32,460 bases of DNA from Octopus bimaculoides (GCF_001194135.2 NC_068987.1:13843459-13875918); one strand, 5' to 3'. Shown: positions 22,515-32,312, counted from the stretch's first letter. Notes: a model not told the origin generated them from the sequence alone. Translations and numbers: made by a program.

Positions 22515-23055
22515 ATTCATCCACCCACATTCTCCGCCCGCTATCCCTAGGAGGGTTGTTTGGATAGAGTTTTCAGGCACCTCCTCCATATGATCGTATC
22601 AGAAGCAACCGTCATCACAGTTACCGACTTCATTTCCAAGCGTGACCAACTGAGACTGTGGATATTATCCAACCATCTCACTCGTGAGCTAAACATAGGT
22701 CTCCTGCCAGCAGGCTCAGCTTAAAGAATTTGTCTCGCAATTTTTTCCTGCGACATTCTAATCACATGTCCGCAGTAAAGAAACTGTGACCTCTAAATGC
22801 GGAGAAGCAGCTCGACCTGAAGAGACTCTGATCTATTAGCTATGCACCCTGTCGAGTAATGTTATTCCAGAAGCCCTTCAGACGAACCCCATATCGGCTC
22901 CTTGTATTCGTGATCCAAGTTTTTCGGAGATTAACCAACATTCGTGACCACAGGAGTGGATAAGAACGGAAGCCGAACGGAAAAAAGCAAGTCCGACTTT
23001 TTCTGTCAACGTCTCATTTTCTGGGGATCCAGTGTCGGAGTTGGAGCATTACTGT
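22515..23055 (-). mobile_element. 5'-truncated RTE LINE of an Expander/Rex3-like lineage
   Basis: Minus-strand remnant peptides 'LTEKVGLAFFRS...CGHECWLISEKLGSRIQGADMGFV*RASGITLLDRVHS', 'QVELLLRI*RSQFLYCGHVIRMSQ' and 'PAGRRPMFSSRVRWLDNIHSLSWSRL'. Tail 'gaatgtgggtggatgaa'. Confidence 0.8.
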
Positions 23056-23171
23056 GCCCGCTCCCAGTAAATTAGAAATTTTAAAATTGTCTTAAAACAA
23101 AAATTTGTAAACCCAAACTACTTACAACTAACAGTCTTCGAAAATAATATCAACATAATAAACCTTTCTAA

Positions 23172-23320
23172 TACGTTCTGAGTTCAAATCCCGCCGAAGT
23201 CAACTTTACTTTTTATCCTTTCGGGGCCGATAAAATAAAGTACGGTCAAATATTGGATTGTTTAATATCGAATAATTCTTTCCCCTCAAATTGCTGGCTC
23301 TGTGCCTAAATTAGAAAACG
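23172..23320 (+). mobile_element. tRNA-derived SINE fragment with 'ccttt(c)atcctttcggggtcgataaa' domain (Meta/MESC-like)
   Basis: B-box gagttcaaatcc followed by 'ttatcctttcggggccgataaaataaagtac'. Confidence 0.7.
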
Positions 23321-23857
23321 TTATATTAAGCACTGTCACCTCGTCGAAGACGGGGGTCTTTCGATTTGCCTGTCACAATCCTGGCAGTAATGCCGAAGAA
23401 ATTCTGTCCAATTCCTTCTTCTAACACTGTAATTCTTTTAACATTCTAAAACCCAAACACTTCACAGGAATATGAAGGCTAACACATTGTTAAGTCAGAG
23501 GTGTTAGTCATCTCAAACCTAAAACTACTTCTTTTGAGTGGAAGAATTAAGATAGCTATTAAAGAAAGAATGTCTCGACTAAAGCAGCCTTAAAATAGTA
23601 ACACCTAGATAGAATACGTGTAATCTGTTCAAGTTACAACAGATGTCGACGAAGTACGACACATTTCACAAAAGCTTGGCACTTTGGGAGTTAATCTGAC
23701 ATAAGATGCTAGCATATTCCTGTAAGCCATCCTAGATGCAAATAGAATTACAAACACAAAGCTGTCACGATTTAAATGACAAAATATAATGCCAACGGCT
23801 TGTACTATAAGCAAACTGTTTACACATAATGTGTGCTCTCTCGGCAACTTTAATTTT

Positions 23858-23896
<39 letters not shown>

Positions 23897-25889
23897 AATA
23901 CATACATAATGCTTCATGTAAAAATGCAACAGAATCACCATTAAAAAATTTAAAAATATAAAATTTCAAGAGCAAGGGAGATAGATATATAAAGAAAAGA
24001 AATATACTAGCGCACTAATTGGTTTCTAAGCAATTCACAATTCCTTTCATCTTAAGGGTGACCCAAAGTGTTTTTCTAGAAATCTCGACACACTCCTTAG
24101 ACGGATACAAGTCATTTGAAGAGTTTTATTCATATTATTAACAAGAAAATTCTGAATTTGGATGAAGTTCTGTGAAATACTGATTTTTATAAGGTTCCTT
24201 AATTGCAATGATAGTATATAGGGTGCTTGGAACGCATCGACAATTCTCTTGTTTACACAGGTTTAAAAAAAAACCTTAAAAAACACTAACAACTCGAGAG
24301 AAAGAGAAAAGGAAGGTATCTAAGATGTAAATAATCTCATCGTTAACTTTAATTTTTATCAGTAATAAATTAACCCTCGTAAACCGTTGTCTTCGGTTAG
24401 GACTGACTCCAAGGAATCGGCAATAGTAGTTAAAATATAGTATTACTAACTTAAAAGAAAATACTGGTTACAACATACAACAACAACGATATTAGTGATT
24501 ATATTATTCTTATTATTGATTTCTTTTTTTACATATGGCCCAGGACAGCCGTTTTACCTGCATTATAAGCCCGTTGGCAAACGAGCCCTATAGTATTTAT
24601 TAAATGACAGCAAGCCACATCATACACGGATCAGAATTGGGCCCCTAAACCCATGAAGGTCCCTGAGCAACTGCCCAGTGTGTCCCATACCTTAAGACGG
24701 CACTAGTCCCGAACATATTCATGTCGACGTTCAATTGCATCCTGGTGGCATCAATCAAATAAACACCATCATAGTCAAGTCATACGAGTGTATTAATCTC
24801 CGACAAACATTATGTGACCAACGATAAGAAATAGCATGAATATTAAATCTTTCCCTTTCTCCTTCCTTAAAAAAAAAGATTTTATGTCTACATAAACAAT
24901 TGTTTTCGTGATAATGATTATTATAGCTAACTATCCTAGTTTCAATTCCCACTTGTAGCCATTTCAATTTGATGACGCCAAGTTATGTTCAAAATTTGAA
25001 AGAAAATATGAAATTCATAACATTCCATCTCTCTTCCCTTATATATCTAATATACTGCGTTCATATTAAACATACATTATTATAGTATAACAATTTAACA
25101 AACCTGCCATTTTCAGTGTTCCGTTTAAGCTACCACCAAACATTTGGCAGTGACCATTACAAGAGTTTTTAGTTTTTGAGTATCCTGGTCACAGAACAAT
25201 TGAAGAATGAGTATGTGTTGATTTTATACATACACAGTCTAAAATAACACTATTTGCGTAACAATTGATTACTTGGTAGCCAGCTGCACAGCAATAAACG
25301 TTGGAATAGCATTATTTCGAAAGGAAAAAAATAATAATAATACAGACTGATAATGGAGACAGTGAAAACAAAAACAAACAGATCATACCTTGGTACACGA
25401 GATTCTAACTCGAGACAAACGATGAAGAGGTTATTAAGTTATTGTCGATGCAAGACAAAACAATTCCTTGGCAATAACGGTTTTCAAACCCGCATAATCC
25501 CTCGATATTCTATGTTATTTTGTTTTCTTTTTTTTCCTGTTTCTCGCCGTCTGTCACTGACATGGCAAACAGATGACACATTGTTTCAATAATTTTAGCT
25601 TAAAACTTTGCACTTATATTCCTATAGGTCATCAGTATTATCAAAACTCAACAATCACGCATATAAACATCAATTATTGGTTCATATAATACAATAACTC
25701 CATATCCACTCCTTTTTATTTGCTAATTTTCTGAAGCCTCGTGCCATTATCGAATGCAAACGTAGCTTTCCCTACTGATATCTTTCCTATTTCCCTTTTA
25801 TTACAGAAAACATAAACTACAATTTCCCCACAACACTATAATATGTTAATATTAATAAATATATATAAACATACATATGAATCACTTAC

Positions 25890-26000
25890 CTTTCGATTTT
25901 TTTGTACCTTTCCCAGATGAATTACTTTTGTCTCGAAACAACAAAACAGAAAATTTTTTTCCCTTCAGAAAACTACGTAAATCAAGGGGAGACAATCGAG
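25890..26000 (-). other. FGFR1OP2: Probable non-coding first exon of FGFR1OP2 (5' boundary unknown), implying a ~17.8 kb first intron
   Basis: Full-consensus donor AAG|GTAAGT (intron starts 25889) in the CpG-rich zone. No ATG on this strand in 26040-25890. The ATG exon has an acceptor 2 nt before the ATG, so an upstream exon is required. Confidence 0.55.
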
Positions 26001-26019
26001 TGTGGTAATGTGATCGGAT

Positions 26020-26085
26020 GGAAGTCTTTTACACCAGGAGGTAAATTCAGCATGGATCCAAACCGTGGTGACGTTAAAAGCAAGT
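26020..26085 (+). other. C2CD5: Probable non-coding first exon of C2CD5 (5' boundary unknown)
   Basis: Donor GTAAGT at 26086-26091 (alternative GAG|GTAAAT at 26041) in the CpG-rich zone. The C2CD5 ATG exon starts with an acceptor, so an upstream exon is required. Confidence 0.45.
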
Positions 26086-27604
26086 GTAAGTATCAAACAA
26101 AAACTCCAGCTAAGCCAGGCACCAGCAAAATAACATTGTCCTTTACGGAGACGTCAGAACGTCTCTTCGTAGTTTCATCATTCAAACTAATTGTCTCTGT
26201 TGTCTTATACTGTCATACATTTTCTACACTCTATCCGCAATTAACGAATCCTTTCGGTACTAATTTCCAAGGGAGAGGAGGGGGGGGGTCCTTCGTAATT
26301 TCCCTTTTTTTTCTGTTAAAAAAATATCTCTTAATTAAATTTAAAATGTTACTACATTTCCAAACTTTAACGATCATTTGCATGTCTCTTACTCTAACTA
26401 GATTTATATATATACATATACATTCTAATATATGCAGCTATATATTCAAGCTGACGTTTAAAAGGTATGATATTATTGCGGATTGTTTAGAAAATGTTGA
26501 ATGGCACTTTCATTTTCTTCGCTTGTTAATGAGGTTTAATTATTTCAGTTCTGTATTTCTGAATATGTCTATTGCATTTTAAATATTTTCTTTGCTATTT
26601 TAATTTTTCCAACACCCAAATGCTGCCTGCTAGTGCTGTACTAAAGCACGAGTGTCTTCTGTGTTATTGATCCGTTTGCTATCTTCTTCTGTACATACTA
26701 TGTATATATTGAAAAAAAAAATCCTCTGTTCAGGCTTGTTTGAAAACCAATTTATGGAAATATCTAGATGCAATGCTAAATCTTAAACTGAATATAGTTA
26801 AAGCTCATAATGTTGCTACTTTGATTTTATATGTATATATATCTATATCTATCTATCTCTATATATATATATATACACACACACATATACATACACACAC
26901 ACCACCCTTTTCGTATATGTTCGTAGAAGTATTTCTCTAGTGGCTTCCGAATAGCTGAGGAAAGAATATATTTTACTGAAATAAATATTATATTATTAAC
27001 AAAATTTTCGTCCGTTTCAAACGAACTTTCGCGTACCTCCTCACGTATTGACGATAGCTGACTTTCCTTTAAATTAATACAGAATTGTCAAAACTCCTGG
27101 TGTGTGGGTGTGTTGCAGACTACGAACAGATCAAATGGTTAAATCTGGAAGAAAAAAAAATATATATTCTTTAAATATTCGTATTGTTATTAATGTTTGA
27201 GTTCAATTCCTTCATGCGTCCATGAAATGAATATCAGCAATATAATGAACGATATAATTGGCAATAGACACCCACCTTCCAGAAAAAAAAAAGACATTTT
27301 CTAAGGGAAGAAAAAATGATTGGAGGAGGGTAGTGTAAGTTTTCAACGCACCGAGTTCGCAATCTACTTTATATTTGTGGTTAGAATTTATCGCTTTAAG
27401 ATTCGGAATAGGATGAACGTCACAATTTCCCTCTTTCATTCTCACATAAATTCAAAGAGTCATGTCTTCAGAAATTTGTTTTCTTAGTTGTGATGCAAAC
27501 CCAAAGCATATAACCAAGTTTCAATTCTGAATTGGAACCGTCTGATTAATCGTTTGGAACAGCAAGTCTGTCACGGTACCCCATTTCCCTTATATATAAT
27601 TATC

Positions 27605-27835
27605 AGACAGGCAATCTGACGAGAAACCCTCTACGTTATCGCTCCACCTGTTAGAAATACCATTGAAATTTACTTTACATTTTCACCAGATCGTCTTTAA
27701 AAAAGAAAAGGGTAGACTGACGAGTTAGCTAATATAGTCCTAGATACACAGAATAAACGGCAAAGCAGTTACGATTGGAATGCCCTTTTGATCATAGATC
27801 TATTTGATCATGGCTAACTTGGGTTTAAACATCAT
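27605..27835 (+). repeat. Family C copy inside the CpG-retaining zone
   Basis: 'ctgacgag...cctgttagaaatac...gtcctagatacac...ggaatgcccttttgatcatag'. Confidence 0.65.
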
Positions 27836-28354
27836 CTGTCAACACGAGTTTCCCTAACTATATAACGAATGATTTTGGTTATGATTCTATCGTTTATAAC
27901 CCTCCATTTCACAAAAACAACAACCCTTCTTTCCCGAAAAGAAACCATTACCTATTTTTCAATAATTTGATGCTGAGTCCGAATATGATGTAATTTTATT
28001 TGCTAATTGAATTAGCAAATAAAATTACATCATATTTTTTTGATGAAGTGCCACATCTGGGTTATTTTCTATGCTCCCAAATTACACATATAAGGTTTTT
28101 ATTATAAAGCTTCTCTGTTGGCAAGTATCCACACTGTTCATATAGCCTGGTGATTGAGTCAATGTTAAAATCAAACTGTTTAAGATTAAGTCACAAACGA
28201 AAAGTAGGATTTGTATGTTTTTTTTTCTTTTCTAATTGTGATTGTTCAGTGGTTTGTAAGAATTGACAACTAGTGTATTTATGTGTTGTATTGTGTTCTT
28301 CAATTGTAGTCTTTTAATGTAGCACAGTATCAATTTTGCACTAATCCTTCTCCT

Positions 28355-28510
28355 TATCATCATCATTTAACATCCATACTGGCTTGTGTTGGGCAGTTCT
28401 GGATGCCATTCCTTACATTATCCATTATACAAAATGTACTGGATGCCTTTTTTGTGGCACCAATGCTGGTGATGATCAGCTTGTAACTTGCAAGGCTAAG
28501 ACCCTCAAGT
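28355..28510 (-). mobile_element. Degenerate RTE-type 3'-end fragment
   Basis: 'atcatcatcatttaacatcc...ctggatgcc...gtggcacc'. Confidence 0.6.
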
Positions 28511-29214
28511 GGTCCCTATAACTGAAGGCGAACAGATGTGGGAGTGAACAATAATCCAAGACAAAGGGATGAGGGGTGATAAGAAGAGAGAATGGTGGAG
28601 TATGGCAGGAACGGGGGATGGGGAAGGGATTTGTGGAAGGTTTGAGAAAACAGGAAGAATAGAGTTCAAAAAGTGATAGTGGGTTGTGTAGTTGGGTCTG
28701 AGACTATCCAATTTTATAAAGGGTGAATATGGACAGGTGTGAAGAGAAAGGACACAAGACGGGGGGGGGGATAAATAGACTAGGTGGGGTGGGGTGGGGT
28801 TGGGTGGAATCCTGTGAAAGCTACTGAAGGAAAGAGAGGTGTAAGCAGTGGTAGTGTAACATTAATAAGGCTTCCGTTGGCTCTGCTTGAATTGACCTGC
28901 ACAACAGGGATAAGTATTTCAATGCATGTAAGCAGCCAAGCACTCTGAACATGTAGATTTTCTTTTGGTTTGAGATACCTTATTGTACTCAGTGCCATGA
29001 ATGTTTAGCAGCATAGGGTTTATATAGTATTTGCTAAGGCATATTGTGTCAGCATTGTTGGGAAGGTTGTTTTCATACATTAAAATCTCCGTTGATGATT
29101 GCGGTCCCCAGTGCAATCATGTGGAGACAGACAGAGTAAATATTGCTAGTACAAGCTGAACAGATCTGCAGCAGTGTATCTTATAAGCTATCCCTGTTTG
29201 TCCCCTAACTGATA

Positions 29215-29500
29215 CCTAAGTGTTTGCTCAACCTGCTGTAAATTATCAACCAAATTTCCTCCAACTTAAAAATGGACACAGTCCAATCTTGGATACACTA
29301 TGTCTGAAATATGCAAAAAAAAAAAAGAAATGAGACATTCCTGTTTGGCATGCTAAATTAGAAGTTAGATCTCCACTTCACATGCTATCTTTGAAAAGAG
29401 ATACATTGGATTCTTTGTGTAAATAAAAATAAATGGGATAGTCGTGGCTGGAATGCCCTTGATCATGGCTAGCTGTGTTTGGGCCATTTTGGGATTAAAC
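29215..29500 (+). repeat. Family C fragments
   Basis: 'gctcaacctgct', 'ggatacactatgtctg', 'gtcgtggctggaatgcccttgatcat'. Confidence 0.6.
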
Positions 29501-29569
29501 AAATACTCTAATGAAGCCCTTTGGTTCTTATGGAGCAAAGGTCATCAATGACTTTTCTCCATTGTTTGC

Positions 29570-29910
29570 AACTTTGGGTTGTTCTGGTAGTCAGAAGGGA
29601 GAGTTGACCTTGCAGCTTCCTTTTGGCTTTTGCTGCACCACATAAGACCTTCTCCTCCCAGGTCTTGCTGGTTTTCAGTTGCCATCAATGCTTCTGTATT
29701 TTTTTTCCTTTTTTCTAGGTAGGGGTATTGGCCCTACACAAACCCTTCTTTAATTTTGGGAAGAGGTAATCCGGTGATCCATATTAGTCTGGCCTCTATC
29801 CTTTGACCTGTCCAGCATGCAAGGCCCTATCAGGAGCTGGTGCTCTGCTAATATAGCTCTCTTGGTCAGTGGAGCACACAAGCCATCACCACACAGCGAC
29901 AGAGCCTGGA
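29570..29910 (-). mobile_element. 5' UTR region of an RTE-clade LINE (decayed)
   Basis: Reverse complement 'ggcttgtgtgctccactgaccaagagagctat...ctcctgatagggccttgcatgctggacaggtcaaaggatagaggccagactaa' resembles remembered RTE/Expander 5' UTRs. Confidence 0.55.
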
Positions 29911-30155
29911 CCTTGTGGTTGTAAACTAGTGCCAGCTCATTATCACATCTGCTGTAAAAGAGTTCCCCCCTTGTCATTCTGTAAATGTACTATTTCACCT
30001 GTTGAAAATGAACTATAATTGAAAGAATTTGTGCAAGTCAAGCAGTTTAATCTCAATGATGATAATCTGGTTTCTGAGGGCTTGTGTATAACTCCTGTGC
30101 TGTTCATACAATTCTATATTTTTTACATAAGGAATTTATATTATGTATACTATTT

Positions 30156-30306
30156 GTTGGCGTTAGGAGGGGCATCCAGCTGTAGAAACTCTGCCAAATC
30201 AGATTGGAGCCTGGTGTAGCCATCTGGTTTCACCAGTCCTCAGTCAAATCGTTCAACCCATGCTAGCATGGAAAGCGGACGTTAAACGATGATGATGATG
30301 ATGATT
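30156..30306 (+). mobile_element. Young 5'-truncated RTE-type 3'-end insertion
   Basis: Near-identical to 20045-20194. Possible TSD ATTATGTA at 30140-30147 and 30304-30311 (left copy offset by 8 nt). Confidence 0.9.
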
Positions 30307-30424
30307 ATGTACATAACATAAATTCCTCATCTCAAATATAGAATTGTATTATCCAATCAGTACGGAGTCAGCATAAGACATCAATAGAGGCTTATAAGCC
30401 TTAAAAATTCGCTCTGTCACTATC

Positions 30425-30615
30425 TAAGGGCATAGCATAGTTGATAAAGGCATTGGTTAATGCAGTGCAGTCACCTAGTGATTCTGAGTTCACTCCCAGG
30501 CAAGGCACTAGAGTGAATTTCAAGACACTTGAAGAAGGCTGGAGTGTACATAGCTGAAATGTTGTGAAAGCAGCAATCAAGATGAGGGCATCAGTCCAAC
30601 TAATATAAACAGTGT
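30425..30615 (+). mobile_element. Decayed tRNA-headed retroposon with hammerhead-like 3' segment
   Basis: A-box-like tagcatagttga (30433), B-box-like gagttcactcc (30486), then ttgaaga...gaaa. Confidence 0.5.
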
Positions 30616-30820
30616 ACTACATATGTTGTTGTCAAAGCCTAGATTTATTTCTCTGGTAGCTTACAATTTTTGATAGATTTACAAAGTGAACCAATGTTAT
30701 TAAACTGATTTGAATCTTAAGAGTTCTATGAGTCTGTGACACTCGAAGGGATCAGAGAAGCAATATAGGAAAGCAGTTAGGTGATGGTGGGGGACATATT
30801 ACCTTACTTGGTAATGAATG

Positions 30821-30915
30821 TTATTGGCAGAAGTAAGGCATCCAGCCATAGACAATTTACCTCAAATTCTGTCTTACCTATGGAAAAATGGATGCTAAAA
30901 CAATGGTGATGATGA
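30821..30915 (+). mobile_element. Degenerate RTE-type 3'-end fragment
   Basis: 'aaggcatccagccatag...atggaaaaatggatgctaaaac..gatgatga'. Confidence 0.55.
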
Positions 30916-31049
30916 GGCTGTCTCAGTTCATTCTCTTATGATTTTGATTAGTCCATATATTGTTTTTTTTTATGTTAATTGATATTGGATATCAATTTTG
31001 TTGTGATGCGTGGGTTTAAAACCAAGGTGCCAGATAAAAAAAAAAGCAT

Positions 31050-31272
31050 TGGTATTGGTGCTGGTGTCATGTAAAAAGCACTGGTGATGGTACCACATGA
31101 AAAGCACCCAGTACACTATGTAAAGGGGTTGGCATCAGGAAAGGCATCCAGCTGTAGAAATCAAGCCAAAACAGATTATGGAACCTGGTGCAGCCCCAGG
31201 CCTTGCCAGTTCCTGTCAAGTTGTCCAATCCATTCCAACATGGAAATGGGTGTTAAATGATGATGATGATAT
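31050..31272 (+). mobile_element. RTE-type 3'-end fragment
   Basis: 'gtaaaaagcac...ggttggcatcaggaaaggcatccagctgtag...gttaaatgatgatgatgat'. Confidence 0.85.
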
Positions 31273-31991
31273 TAATATAATTTTGAAATTCATTATGATT
31301 ATATAGAGAACCCTAGCAGACCACATTCTACTTGTTGGCATTATATTAAACAGGCACATGCCTAACAATAGCATTATTAGATTTCGTTCTTATAATGTAC
31401 ATACCAAAATAGAAATAAAAATTCAGATTAGAAAAAAAAGCCAAAAAAAAAAAAGCCTAATTAAAGTGAACAGGTATTATTTAGACATTAAGTTATTAAT
31501 TCTAATTAGTTTGCATGCAGTAAATGTTTTCTAGATTTAACCAAAATGAGTGCGAGAGTGTACATTAAAAAGCAAAATAAAGAAAAAACTTATTTTTCAT
31601 TGATATAATTAGTATTTTGAAAGTGTGCCTACTAATTATGATAATAATCCATTAATTATTCATTTTGTAACATAATTGCTGAAATAAGTATGCGCAGTTT
31701 GTTAAATGGAGAGGTATTAATTTAAGCAAAATTAGTTACTAATAGTAATAAACTATCTCTTGAATAAGAATGAAGACACTATTTCTTTATTGCTGTCCTT
31801 TCAACCATCTCTTTCATACTTACTATAAAACACGAATGGTTTGGGGGTTTCATATATAAGAAATTGCTGTAATTATTGCAATCTAGAAAAAAAAAAACAC
31901 ATTTTACAGCTATAGTTATTGTAACTTAATTGAAGATATTTTTTTTTATTTTCAGGAATTTTGTATCATGCTTGACTAATTCAACCTGAAG

Positions 31992-32081
31992 ATGCCTGGA
32001 CGATTGAAAGTTAAAGTTGTGGCAGCCAGGGATTTGCCTATTATGGACCGGGCCAGTGATCTTACAGATGCCTTTGTGGAG
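31992..32081 (+). CDS. C2CD5: C2 domain-containing protein 5 (CDP138), first coding exon MPGRLKVKVVAARDLPIMDRASDLTDAFVE; gene continues beyond the window
   Basis: Near-identical to human C2CD5 N-terminus MPGKLKVKIVAGRHLPVMDRASDLTDAFVE (from memory). Acceptor ttttcag ends at 31955, in-frame TAA at 31977 upstream of the ATG, donor GAG|GTTAGT at 32082. Missed by the ORF track. Confidence 0.95.
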
Positions 32082-32115
32082 GTTAGTATTTATACATGTG
32101 TTCACTGCCAGAAGT

Positions 32116-32156
<41 letters not shown>

Positions 32157-32312
32157 TTAATGCTGGCGTGAGTTGGACAGTTTGACAGAAGCTGGCTAGG
32201 CAGCAGACTGCACCAGGATTCGCTGTCTGCTTTGGCAGGGATTTTGCAGCTGGATGCCCTTCCTAACACCAACCACCCAACAGAGTGGACTAAGTGCTTT
32301 TTATCGGGCATC
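32116..32312 (-). mobile_element. RTE-type 3'-end fragment with (CAT)13 tail, 34 bp after the C2CD5 donor
   Basis: 'cagctggatgcccttcctaacaccaacc'. Confidence 0.85.

Larger units (their letters stand above)
25890..26460. promoter_or_regulatory. Putative bidirectional promoter of FGFR1OP2 and C2CD5
   Basis: Divergent donors at 25889(-) and 26086(+). High CpG density. CRE-like TGACGT at 26069 and 26453, AGACGTCA at 26149, ETS-like GGAAGT at 26020. Confidence 0.55.

Noticed and set aside
27335-27340. Another plus-strand GTAAGT donor
   Set aside because: Weak exonic context and no acceptor found. Such hexamers occur by chance, though it cannot be fully excluded as a UTR-exon donor.
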